64,000 bases of DNA from Acidobacteriota bacterium (GTDB taxonomy: Bacteria; Acidobacteriota; UBA6911; RPQK01; JAJDTT01). The notes beneath the pieces are model-generated. The model did not search any database and was not told where the DNA came from. It saw only the letters and a program-made list of their open reading frames with translations. Below, piece by piece: positions 55,465 to 64,000 of the stretch (the stretch's first letter is position 1; every line of letters begins with the position of its first letter). The DNA is taken from NCBI GenBank assembly GCA_965209055.1, contig OZ242374.1:3232001-3296000 (forward strand), given 5' to 3'. A program made the position numbers and the translations under genes.

Positions 55465-57102
55465 TCAGTAAATCTTGGAGAGCTTGCGGGTCTCGGCGGT
55501 GATCACGTCGACGACGGCCGGCTGACCGTCATTGGTGGCCTGAATCGCCCGTTTCAGGGCCGGCTGCAGGTCCTGGACCGTTTCGACCTTTTCCGCATGG
55601 CAGCCCAGGGCCCGCGCCACGTTGGCGTAGTCCCCGGTCTGGGTCGAGAGCTTGTAGCGCTCGATGGCCACGGGGATGTGGCGGTCATAGCCGCTGAAGA
55701 TGGAATCGTGCTTGATCACGGTGAGAATGGGGATGTTCTCCCGGACCGCCGTCTCCCAGTCCATTCCGGTCATTCCCACGGAGGCGTCCCCCATGACGTT
55801 GACCACCAGCTTGTCCGGATTGGCGATCTTGGCGCCCATGGCCAAGCCCAGGGAAAAGCCCAGTTGCGAGGACTGGCCCCATCCCAGGTAGCTTCGGGGA
55901 GTGTTGGCCTGGTAGAAGACGCTCTGGATGTCCCGTGACGCCCCCGATTCGTGGGTCACGATGGAAGCGTCCGGGTCGATGACCGACCAGAGCTCCCGGA
56001 ACATCCGGTAGCCGTTGACGGGTTGGGAATCATCACTGAAGAGGGACTCGAATTCCTCCAGCCAGGCGCTCCGCCGCCGTGAGAGGGTCTCGACCGTTTG
56101 TTGGCGATGGGCCTCCCGGCCTTTTCCCACCTTGGATTTCAGGACCTCGGCCAGTTGCGCCAGGAACAGCTTGGCGTCGGCCACGACAGGGAGCACCGCC
56201 GGGTATTCCTTGTTGATGTCGGACGGGTCCACGGTGGCGTGGATGATGGCTTTCCCAGGCGGGATCGGCGGCGTGAATGGCGCCACTGTGAGACTGGACC
56301 CTACGGCCAGGATCAGGTCGGAGTCGGCCAGGAAATGCCGCGCCATCAAGGTGACGGAGTAGGCGCCGACGCCGGCCGAGAGCTCATGACGTTCGGGGAA
56401 GCCGCTCTTCCCCTGGAGGGTCGTCATGACGGGGATGCCCAGAATCTCGGCCACCTCCACCAGTTCCCGGCTCGCCTCGGCGTAGAGGACGCCCTGTCCG
56501 GCCCAGATCATGGGACGCTCGGCCCGGAGCAAGCGCTCGGCGGCCTCTTCCACCGCTCCCGGATCGGCCGCCACCCGCATCCGGGGGATCGGCGTGTATT
56601 CCAGGTCGCCCTTGAACTCCGCCTTGCAGGCGTCGTCCAGCACCTCCAGCATCACCGGGCCCGGCCTCCCCGAGCGCAGGGCGGTGAAGGCGTGCCGCAA
56701 TCGGCTCGGCGCCAGCTCGGGCGAGATCACTTTGTTGGCCATCTTGGTGGTGGCCCGGTAGTTGTCGACGCAGTCAAAGGAGGGATGGGTCCCGATCTGG
56801 TCCAGCCCCGCGTGCCCCGGCAGGAAGAGGACGGGGGTGGAATCGGTGAAGGAGTGGGCCACTCCTGCGAATGCGTTCTCGGCGCCGGCGCGGGACTGGA
56901 CGGTGAAGACGCCGATCTGCCGGCCGTTGGTGGACCGGGAGACGCCGTCGGCCATGTTGCCGGCGACCCGCTCCTGCCGCGCGCTGAGGATGCGGACGCC
57001 GGCCCCGGCCAGGGCGTCCAAGAGGTTGGTCAACGGGTAGCAGAAGACCTGCCGGATCCCTTCCAGTTGCAAGATCTTGACGATGGCGTCAGCGCCGTTC
57101 AT
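55465..57102 (-). CDS. Thiamine diphosphate-dependent enzyme (acetolactate synthase-like)
   Basis: MNGADAIVKIL, RQERVAGNMADG, AFTALRSGRPGPV, LGLAMGAKIA.PD..VVNVMGDA. Confidence 0.9.
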   Translation of the reverse strand: MNGADAIVKILQLEGIRQVFCYPLTNLLDALAGAGVRILSARQERVAGNMADGVSRSTNGRQIGVFTVQSRAGAENAFAGVAHSFTDSTPVLFLPGHAGLDQIGTHPSFDCVDNYRATTKMANKVISPELAPSRLRHAFTALRSGRPGPVMLEVLDDACKAEFKGDLEYTPIPRMRVAADPGAVEEAAERLLRAERPMIWAGQGVLYAEASRELVEVAEILGIPVMTTLQGKSGFPERHELSAGVGAYSVTLMARHFLADSDLILAVGSSLTVAPFTPPIPPGKAIIHATVDPSDINKEYPAVLPVVADAKLFLAQLAEVLKSKVGKGREAHRQQTVETLSRRRSAWLEEFESLFSDDSQPVNGYRMFRELWSVIDPDASIVTHESGASRDIQSVFYQANTPRSYLGWGQSSQLGFSLGLAMGAKIANPDKLVVNVMGDASVGMTGMDWETAVRENIPILTVIKHDSIFSGYDRHIPVAIERYKLSTQTGDYANVARALGCHAEKVETVQDLQPALKRAIQATNDGQPAVVDVITAETRKLSKIY

Positions 57103-57223
57103 GGGACTCTTCTCCTGTCTTGCGTTTCGTGGTTGGCGAGCCCCGGCATGCTAACACCCATGAGGGAACCGATCTACGGCTGATCATTCAGAATTCGCGC
57201 TGTCAAACCAGGCGGAGCAGCGT

Positions 57224-57703
57224 TCAGGCTCTTCCGGGTACCTCGATGACGACGTAGTCCTCCTCTACCGCCACCGGGTAGGTCTCCAGCGTGTACGGCC
57301 CCGGGCGGAGGCCGCTCATGCCGGGATCGGACGCCGGGTCGCGGGTCTCCGCCGCCAGAGCGGCGCCGCTCTCGACCCGGGCCGGGTAGGTGGCCACCCG
57401 CAGCCGGGCCGGGTCGAACCAGGACTGGCCGGTTTTGACGTCGAACTCCCATCCGTGCCAGGGGCACCGCAGGATCTCCCCTTTCCGCAGGTACTCGAAC
57501 TCGCCGGGAGTCGGCGACGTGGCGAACCCCGTGAGGTGTCCCAAGCAGATCGGGCCGCCCTGATGGGGACAACTGTTGCGAAGGGCGTAGTAACGGCCGT
57601 TCACGTTGAAGACGCCGATGGACCGGACGCCGATCTTCACCAGCTTGCGGGAACCGGGGGGCAGGGCGTCGACGCTGCAGATCAGGTGTCGCTTCACCGG
57701 CAT
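57224..57703 (-). CDS. Rieske [2Fe-2S] ferredoxin
   Basis: CPHQGGP and CPWHGWEFD. Confidence 0.93.
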   Translation of the reverse strand: MPVKRHLICSVDALPPGSRKLVKIGVRSIGVFNVNGRYYALRNSCPHQGGPICLGHLTGFATSPTPGEFEYLRKGEILRCPWHGWEFDVKTGQSWFDPARLRVATYPARVESGAALAAETRDPASDPGMSGLRPGPYTLETYPVAVEEDYVVIEVPGRA

Positions 57704-57723
57704 TGGCTTTTTCTTCGCTCTGT

Positions 57724-57832
57724 GGAGGGGGCGATTCCCAATCGCCCAATTCTCCGTGCCAATTGGTTACGCGGGAGTCCGGCGGCTAGGAAACCGAGAT
57801 TCCCGTTCGGCGGTTAGGAAACCGCCGCTCCT
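57724..57832. repeat. REP-like hairpins (same family as the 80-bp array) inside an operon
   Basis: GGAGGGGGCGATTCCCAATCGCCC and TTCGGCGGTTAGGAAACCGCCGCTCC. Confidence 0.8.
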
Positions 57833-57842
57833 TGGGCCGCCG

Positions 57843-58955
57843 CTATGCCTCTCCGAAATCGTAGAGGCTCCGGGCGTTCTCCGACATGACGCCCCTCCGG
57901 AAGTCCCGGGGCAGACCCGGCGGGATGGCCTGGGCCGGGGAGTCGAAGTCCCAGTGGGGGTAGTCGGTGGCGAAGAGGAGGTGGTCGTCCATGTCCAGTT
58001 GTTCCAGCAATTGCACCAGGTACTCGTGCCGGGGCGGCTCCTCCATGGGTTGGGTGGTCAGCCAGAAATGGCGGCGGATGGTCTCGGACGGCAACCGCTT
58101 CAGGTCGGGAACCTCCTCCTTGAGCCTTCGCCAGGAGCGGTCCAGCCGCCACATGAGGGGAGGCAGCCAGGCGAATCCGCCCTCGATTAGCACCACCTTC
58201 AATCCGGGAAATCTTTCGAACACCCCTTCCGTGACCAGGCTGATCACCTGGGACTGAAAGGCCTGGGGCATGCCGGCGTGGTCCTCGTAGTAGTGGTTCG
58301 GCCATCCTCCGCCGGTCAGGGGCTGGCCCGAGTTTCCTCCGAAGTGGATGCCGAAGGGGAGATCGTGGCGTTCGCAGGCCTCGTAAATCTTCCAGTACTT
58401 GCGCCGGCCCAGCGGCTGTTGGGTGCGGGCGGCCACCAGCACCTGGACATAGCCCGGATGGCCTCCGACGCGGTCGATCTCGGCCGCCGAGAGCTCGCCG
58501 TCTTCATAGGGGATCACGACGGAGGCCCGCAGCCTCGGCTCGGGCTCCAGCCAGGTCTCGATCTGCCAGTCGTTGAGGCCCTGGGAAAAGGCGGCGCCGA
58601 ACGCCAGGTTCTGCTGCCGTCCCGCTCCGATGAGGCAGTTCAGTAGGCCGTATTCCAAGTCCCACTCGTCCAGCAACTGCTCCCGGAGAAAATCCAGGTC
58701 CGAACCGGCGGGCAGACCGGAAGGGGGCCAGGAGTCGTGCCGCGCGGCGTTGGGACTGGCTCGGGGGTACTCGCACCCGACGTGGCCCCGGAGACCGAAC
58801 ATCCGGTGGTGTTTCCGCCAGCGCGGGGGGAGGTACCTGCGTATAGCCTCATCCGAGGGCAGCGCGTTGTGAATGTCGCAGTCGATGACGGCGGTCTTGG
58901 CCCGGCGCCTTCCTCTGGTCATGTTCCGAGTCCGGGGTTCAACGGCGATGGCCAT
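57843..58955 (-). CDS. Amidohydrolase_2-fold protein with DxDxH motif (possible dimetal oxygenase subunit)
   Basis: IDCDIHN, GIHFGG, GVFERFP.LKVVLIEGG, TTQPMEEP, FATDYPHWDFD. Confidence 0.88.
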   Translation of the reverse strand: MAIAVEPRTRNMTRGRRRAKTAVIDCDIHNALPSDEAIRRYLPPRWRKHHRMFGLRGHVGCEYPRASPNAARHDSWPPSGLPAGSDLDFLREQLLDEWDLEYGLLNCLIGAGRQQNLAFGAAFSQGLNDWQIETWLEPEPRLRASVVIPYEDGELSAAEIDRVGGHPGYVQVLVAARTQQPLGRRKYWKIYEACERHDLPFGIHFGGNSGQPLTGGGWPNHYYEDHAGMPQAFQSQVISLVTEGVFERFPGLKVVLIEGGFAWLPPLMWRLDRSWRRLKEEVPDLKRLPSETIRRHFWLTTQPMEEPPRHEYLVQLLEQLDMDDHLLFATDYPHWDFDSPAQAIPPGLPRDFRRGVMSENARSLYDFGEA

Positions 58956-58965
58956 GGTTTTCTCC

Positions 58966-60003
58966 TCAAAGACGATAGAACTCGCGGGCGTTCTCAGATC
59001 CGACCCGGTCCCATGGTAAATCGGGAAGCTGGGCCGGAAGGTCTTCCTCCAGGGTGTCATTGTGGCAGTGCGGGTAGTCGGACGAGAACATCAGGAGGTC
59101 CTGTCCGTCCATCTGCTCCAGGATCTCCAGCAGCTGCGGGGACCGGGGGGGCGCGTCCACGGGCTGCAGGGTCAACCGGATGTGTTCCCGGATGTATTCC
59201 GACGGCGGCCGCTTGACCCAGGGGATGTCCCGGCGCAGTCCCCTCCATTCCTTGTCGAGCCGCCACATGAGGGAGGGCACCCAGGTGAAGCCGGCCTCCA
59301 ACAGCGCCACCCGCAGCCCGGGATAGCGGTCGAAGGTCCCTTCGGAAATCAGGCTCAGGACCTGGGACTGGAAGACCTGGGACATGCCGGCGTACTCCTC
59401 CAGATAGGTGGAAGGCCATCCGCAGGGGGTGGGCGGGTTGCCGGAGGAACCGCCGAAGTGGATCCCCACCACCAGGTCGTGGCGGAGGGCCGCCTCGTAG
59501 AGTGGATCGAAGCGGCGGTTTCCATAAGGAGTCCAGGATCGAACCGGCACGATCACCTGCACGAAACCGGGGTGATGCCCCATGCGATCGATCTCCCGGG
59601 CGGCCAGGACCGGGTTCTGGCTCGGCACCACCAGGGAGGCGCGCAGGCGGGTGTCCGCCGTCAGCCAATGTTCCGCCTGCCAGGTGTTGATGGCGGTGGC
59701 CAGCGCCGACGCCAGGTATTCGTTGTGGACGCTCTGAACCCAGTAGTTGCAGTTCAGTATGCCCAGCTCCAGGTCCCAGGCATCCAGGGTCTGGGCGCAG
59801 AGGAATTCGGGGTCAGACCCGGGTGGTCCCCCTGACGGGGGCGTGGTGCCCGGCCGCGCCGGAAGGCCTGTTCCCTCGGGATAGTCGTTTACGTCGGGGC
59901 CCACGAACGCCGATTCGCGGATGTACGCCCGCCAGTGCTCTTCCAGGTAGGGCACCAGCGTTTCCAGGGAGGGAAGCTGGTTGTGGATGTCGCAGTCGAT
60001 CAT
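58966..60003 (-). CDS. Amidohydrolase_2-fold protein with DxDxH motif (paralogue)
   Basis: MIDCDIHN, GIHFGG, GTFDRYP.LRVALLEAG, TLQPVDAP, FSSDYPHCH. Confidence 0.88.
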   Translation of the reverse strand: MIDCDIHNQLPSLETLVPYLEEHWRAYIRESAFVGPDVNDYPEGTGLPARPGTTPPSGGPPGSDPEFLCAQTLDAWDLELGILNCNYWVQSVHNEYLASALATAINTWQAEHWLTADTRLRASLVVPSQNPVLAAREIDRMGHHPGFVQVIVPVRSWTPYGNRRFDPLYEAALRHDLVVGIHFGGSSGNPPTPCGWPSTYLEEYAGMSQVFQSQVLSLISEGTFDRYPGLRVALLEAGFTWVPSLMWRLDKEWRGLRRDIPWVKRPPSEYIREHIRLTLQPVDAPPRSPQLLEILEQMDGQDLLMFSSDYPHCHNDTLEEDLPAQLPDLPWDRVGSENAREFYRL

Positions 60004-60020
60004 TTCGACTCCCCGGCCCT

Positions 60021-61010
60021 TCAGCCGGTCTCCAGGGGCTCGGGTTGCCCCGTTCTTAGAGATCGTATCAGAGCGTCCACTCCCAGCGTTCCGTGAAGAG
60101 CGTCCCGGGGCGGACTGCTCACCGGGTGCCGTCCCTCCACAGCGCCCAGAAAATGATCCCGCTGGTCCCGCATCACGTCGTCCCGGTCCACAGAGAGGTT
60201 TTCCACGTACCGCCGTCCGGTTTCCCGGTCGCCGTGTTCCACCATGTTGCGGCTCAGATCCACCCGCACGTAGCCCAGCTCTCCCTGGAACGTATACGTG
60301 CAGCGGTCCGGGTAGGCGACGTAGTCGATGTGCAACTCGGCGACCCGCTCCGATTCATATTCGATTACGGCGCTGAGGAGATTGGGGCGGCTGGTGAAGG
60401 GGAGTCCCTCCACCTGGATGCCCCGGGCGTAGACCGAGACGGGCCGTTCCTTCATGAGCCACCAGAAGGTGTCGAACCCGTAGACGTAGTCCAGGGCTGC
60501 CGAGCCGAAGACGTCGCGCTGGTGCCGGGAGCGGGAGTTCTGCAGCGTATTCAGCGTGGCGACGGAGAAGCGGGCATAGCAGACCCGTCCGATTCGGCCG
60601 TCCCGGATGAGTTTCCGGGCGCGCAGCATCTCCGGCATGAACCTCTGGACGAACCCCACGTTCAGAAGCCGGTCCGTCCGTTGCTGATCCCGGATCATGC
60701 TCCTGGCGCCCACGGAGGAATCGGAGATGGGCTTCTCGCAGAAGACGTGCGCCCCCAATTCCAGGGCGATGCGGGTCAGGGCCGCGTGGGAGCCGGGCGG
60801 AGTGCAGACGAAGACGATGTCCGGCCGGGTCGCAGCGGCCTCTTGGAAGTTGCTCCATTGGCGGGCGCCGGGAACGGCGGTTGCGGCTTCGGACAACCCT
60901 TCGCGCCGACTGTCGCAGACCTCGACGGCGCAACCTTCGACTTCGGCCAGGAGCCGCAGGTGCCGCAATCCGATGGATCCCGCCCCCACCACCAGAACCC
61001 GTTTCATCAC
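60021..61010 (-). CDS. Gfo/Idh/MocA oxidoreductase
   Basis: VVGAGSIGLRH, HVFCEKP, VGFVQRF. Confidence 0.9.
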   Translation of the reverse strand: MMKRVLVVGAGSIGLRHLRLLAEVEGCAVEVCDSRREGLSEAATAVPGARQWSNFQEAAATRPDIVFVCTPPGSHAALTRIALELGAHVFCEKPISDSSVGARSMIRDQQRTDRLLNVGFVQRFMPEMLRARKLIRDGRIGRVCYARFSVATLNTLQNSRSRHQRDVFGSAALDYVYGFDTFWWLMKERPVSVYARGIQVEGLPFTSRPNLLSAVIEYESERVAELHIDYVAYPDRCTYTFQGELGYVRVDLSRNMVEHGDRETGRRYVENLSVDRDDVMRDQRDHFLGAVEGRHPVSSPPRDALHGTLGVDALIRSLRTGQPEPLETG

Positions 61011-61104
61011 GCTAACCGTGCCAGATTCCTACGGAAGAGGGGTAATTGCAAGCCGGAACGTGAGCCAATCCGCACGGTTTCACCGAATACCCGAGGCGGC
61101 CGGA

Positions 61105-62100
61105 TCAAACCTCATAGAGAGACCGTTGCCGGGGTTTCTTCGAGGCCGGGCCGGCGATGTCGTTCAACTCCATGGGGTAAGGGTTGAACAAGGTCTGATT
61201 CCTCAGGTCTCTCGTGCCATGGCGCATGACCCACGACCGCAGCAGGCCCACCGGTCCGCTGGCGGGAATCTTCCCGTTCCGGAACCGCTCCAGCCGATCC
61301 AGAAAGCGAGCCTTGTCCCGGTCGGTCAACTGCTTGGAAATCGGCCCCAGGGCGTAGATCAGGACGCCGATGAGTGAGGTGTAGCGGGGACTGCGGGACA
61401 GCGCGTTCGACAACCGCCTCTTGTACTCCCTGGCCAGGACGGCCGCGTCCGCATCTCCGTTGTCCGCCAACAACCGGTCCAGTTGATCCAGCTCCGTGCG
61501 GTTGTAGGCCATGAGCATCAGGCGATTCGCCGCATGGAACCGGCTCAAGGCTTTCCGGGTCGGTCGCCGGACGACCCGGCGGAGCCGGGCCAGCGCAAAG
61601 AGGCGGGTCAGGAAATGTTCCCGCCGGATTCGATTCCGGAGGCGCTTCTCGTCCTCGACGGCAGCGTCGGGAAAGTGCTCCAGAACGGCCGCGGCAAAGA
61701 TCCCGGCGCCCCGTTCCAGCACCGTCACCTGCCCGGCGTCGTGGATCTTGGTGTCCCGGATTCCGCAACTGGGAGACCGGCTCTTGAGGATGAAGCCATC
61801 CACGTCGTTCAGACTTTTCAAAAATTCCTGACTGAAGGTGGTCATGGACCGGGTCAGGTCGCGTCCGGTCGCCGGCTGGACCAGGGTCCGGCCGCCGTCG
61901 CCGGCGATGATCTGAATCGGGTCCCGAGGCACCCCCAGGCCGATCTCCAGTTCGGGGCAGACCGGCCGGAATCTGACGTATGAAGAGAGCTGGTGGATGA
62001 AGTCTTCCCGGATCATCTTGCCGTTGTAGCGGCAGGCTTCCACGCCGAGGCAACGGCTCAGAACCACGACGGGCGTCGGGGTCCGGCTATCGGACTTCAA
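61105..62100 (-). CDS. DUF523/DUF1722 (YbgA-like; 2-thiouracil desulfurase family) protein
   Basis: SRCLGVEACRYNG, VCPELEIGLGVPR, GFILKSRSPSCG, GAGIFA, FHAANR, PYP.EL. Confidence 0.88.
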   Translation of the reverse strand: MKSDSRTPTPVVVLSRCLGVEACRYNGKMIREDFIHQLSSYVRFRPVCPELEIGLGVPRDPIQIIAGDGGRTLVQPATGRDLTRSMTTFSQEFLKSLNDVDGFILKSRSPSCGIRDTKIHDAGQVTVLERGAGIFAAAVLEHFPDAAVEDEKRLRNRIRREHFLTRLFALARLRRVVRRPTRKALSRFHAANRLMLMAYNRTELDQLDRLLADNGDADAAVLAREYKRRLSNALSRSPRYTSLIGVLIYALGPISKQLTDRDKARFLDRLERFRNGKIPASGPVGLLRSWVMRHGTRDLRNQTLFNPYPMELNDIAGPASKKPRQRSLYEV

Positions 62101-62162
62101 TGGTCGCGTACTCCCGGCCAGGCTTTCCGGTCACGCCGGCTCGCGGTAGGCGCCTCAACGGA

Positions 62163-63152
62163 TCAGATTTCCCCCCACGAGGACATTTCGGCCTTCAACT
62201 CGGGATCCAGGTTCATCCGGAAGGATTCCAGGGCGTTGTCGATGTGGTCGAACTTGCGCGCCCCCGCCAGCACGGCCGTCACGTCCGGGTTGCTCATGGC
62301 CCAGGCCATGGCCAGGCGCACCATGGGGATCCCCGTCTCCTCGGACTTGGCACGCAACTGTTCCACGATCTTGAAGAACCGGTCGTGGAAGTAGATGTCT
62401 CCGTGTCCCGGAACGATGTCAAAGCGGGTTCCGGAGGGCAGCTCGTCCATTCCGGCCGTGTACTTTCCCGCGAAAAAGCCGGCTCCCAGAGGACTGTAGG
62501 TGGTGACGGCGATCTGTTCGCGTCTGCAAAGAGGGAAGAGGTCGGTCTCGTACTCCCGTAACGCCAGGTTGTACGGCGGCTGGGTGATCTCGAAACAGCG
62601 ATATCCCCGCCGGCGGCTGATCTCCAGGGACTCGCGCAGCATGTCCGCAGTGAAATTGCTGCAACCCAACGCCACGATGCGTCCCGCGTCCGCTTCCTGG
62701 TTGAGGGCGTCCAGACTCTCCCCGACGGGGACGTTGGGATCGGGGGAGTGGATCTTGTAGGCGTCGACCGAGTCGGTCCGGAGCCGCTCCAGGCTCGCCG
62801 CCAGAGCCTTGCGGATATTTTCCGGACTGGCTCCGGTACTCACCTTGGTGCAGAGGGTGACCTCGTCGCGGCATCCCCGCGCCTCCATCCAGCGGCCGAT
62901 GATGTTCTCCGAGGAGTTCATCTCCACGGTGACCTCGCGCCTGTCCTTCACCCCGTACTCCTTGATGCGGTACTGCTGGGAGTTGCCCCCTCCGTAGGCT
63001 TCGGCCGTATCCAGGAAGGTGATGCCCTTCTCCACGGCATAGTCCAACACCCTCCAGGAGGTCTCCTCGTCGATCTCCCGCCCGAAGGTGGCGCAACCCA
63101 ATCCGATGGGACTCATCATGAGTCCCGTCTTGCCCAACGGTCTCAGCTTCAT
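62163..63152 (-). CDS. Aldo/keto reductase
   Basis: MKLRPLGKTGL, GITFLDTAEAYG, SENIIG, SLERLRTD, GCSNF, QPPYNL, YSPLGAG. Confidence 0.93.
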   Translation of the reverse strand: MKLRPLGKTGLMMSPIGLGCATFGREIDEETSWRVLDYAVEKGITFLDTAEAYGGGNSQQYRIKEYGVKDRREVTVEMNSSENIIGRWMEARGCRDEVTLCTKVSTGASPENIRKALAASLERLRTDSVDAYKIHSPDPNVPVGESLDALNQEADAGRIVALGCSNFTADMLRESLEISRRRGYRCFEITQPPYNLALREYETDLFPLCRREQIAVTTYSPLGAGFFAGKYTAGMDELPSGTRFDIVPGHGDIYFHDRFFKIVEQLRAKSEETGIPMVRLAMAWAMSNPDVTAVLAGARKFDHIDNALESFRMNLDPELKAEMSSWGEI

Positions 63153-63308
63153 TCGGATTCCCCTTTCAACGATGATGGTGGAAGCGGCGGTCCCGGAGAC
63201 TTCCGGGATGGCCCCGGCAGCGCTTAAGCTTACCAGTTTCCCTGCATGGTAGTCTTGACCTTTCCTTGACATTGGCGGCGGCACGGCGGGTTCGGAAGGA
63301 GTATACAA

Positions 63309-64000
63309 ATGCAAACGGTCAACGCGGTCTTGCTGGGTCTGGACAATCCCCATTCGATCGCTCATCTGAGAACCCTGGATCAGCTTCCCGAAGTGGCCCG
63401 GGTCCAGGTCTGGGCTGAAGACGAGAAGTTCATTCCGGACGTCGAGGAAGCGGGGAGCCCGAAAGTGGATCGGGTTTCGACGGATCTGGCGTCGATCCTG
63501 GCAGGGGGGGCGCACCTGGCCGTGGCCAGCCCGCGCACCGACCGGAGCCCGGGCGTCTGCATCCGGGCGCTGGAGGCGGGGCATCACGTCGTGGCCGAGA
63601 AGCCCATCGGAGCCACCGTCGAGGAGATCGGCCGGGTCGTCCAGTCGGCGCGGGACCACGGCCGGAAACTGGGGGTCTTCTACGGGCGGCGTTACAATCC
63701 CCTGGTCCGGCAAGTCCGCGACATCATCAGTCAAGGCCTGCTGGGAACGCTCATGTCGGTGGAACTCCGGATGCTCACCACGCAGGTGCGCTTCCGGGAT
63801 CCCGGCTACTGGCTCTTCAAGAAACGGATCTCGGGGGGAGGCATGCTCTCCTGGCTGGGCTGCCACTACGTCGACAAGATCCGGTTCATCACCGGCGAGG
63901 AGATCGTTTCGGTGTCGGCCGAGGTCGCCACCCGGAGCGGCGAGGACATCGACGTGGAAGACGTGGCCGTTCTCTCCTTCCGTCTTGCCTCCGGGACCGT
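63309..64000 (+). CDS. Gfo/Idh/MocA oxidoreductase (runs off the window edge)
   Basis: Not in the ORF track; AAGGAG RBS, ATG 63309 MQTVNAVLLGLDNPHS...ALEAGHHVVAEKPIG...SGGGMLSWLGCHYVD. Confidence 0.88.
   Translation, partial: MQTVNAVLLGLDNPHSIAHLRTLDQLPEVARVQVWAEDEKFIPDVEEAGSPKVDRVSTDLASILAGGAHLAVASPRTDRSPGVCIRALEAGHHVVAEKPIGATVEEIGRVVQSARDHGRKLGVFYGRRYNPLVRQVRDIISQGLLGTLMSVELRMLTTQVRFRDPGYWLFKKRISGGGMLSWLGCHYVDKIRFITGEEIVSVSAEVATRSGEDIDVEDVAVLSFRLASGT

Noticed and set aside
1-64000. tRNA, rRNA, riboswitch or prophage
   Set aside because: None recognised by eye; a covariance-model scan would be needed to exclude small RNAs, for example upstream of the TonB receptors.

Overview
GC-rich bacterial chromosomal window. 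The gene content (TonB receptors, three sodium:solute symporters, BNR/sialidase-like proteins, PQQ dehydrogenases, DUF1553/DUF1501, many toxin-antitoxin genes) is compatible with an Acidobacteriota-like heterotroph, possibly host-associated; this is inference only. The backbone is about 50 catabolic, transport and redox genes. These include an octaheme HAO-family cytochrome with a NapC/NirT partner, a PQQ dehydrogenase-cytochrome operon, and a DxDxH amidohydrolase pair with a Rieske protein. A dense accessory layer is interleaved: (i) several REP-like hairpin families and a 7 x 80-bp BIME-like array; (ii) a second palindrome family (consensus about GTAGAAGGGGACAGTCACCTTCT) that repeatedly brackets small accessory genes as direct repeats, in a cassette-like way; (iii) an IS4 element inserted in a REP, a 158-bp MITE, and an IS110 remnant that keeps its upstream non-coding end; (iv) intact and decaying TA modules; (v) two candidate defence loci, a TIR gene plus a small membrane protein carrying a fused tail of a second TIR, and a HARP/DUF5710-like protein with a HEPN motif. 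No rRNA, tRNA or CRISPR array was seen. All family calls come from motifs recognised by eye, not database searches, and several start codons were re-assigned manually.
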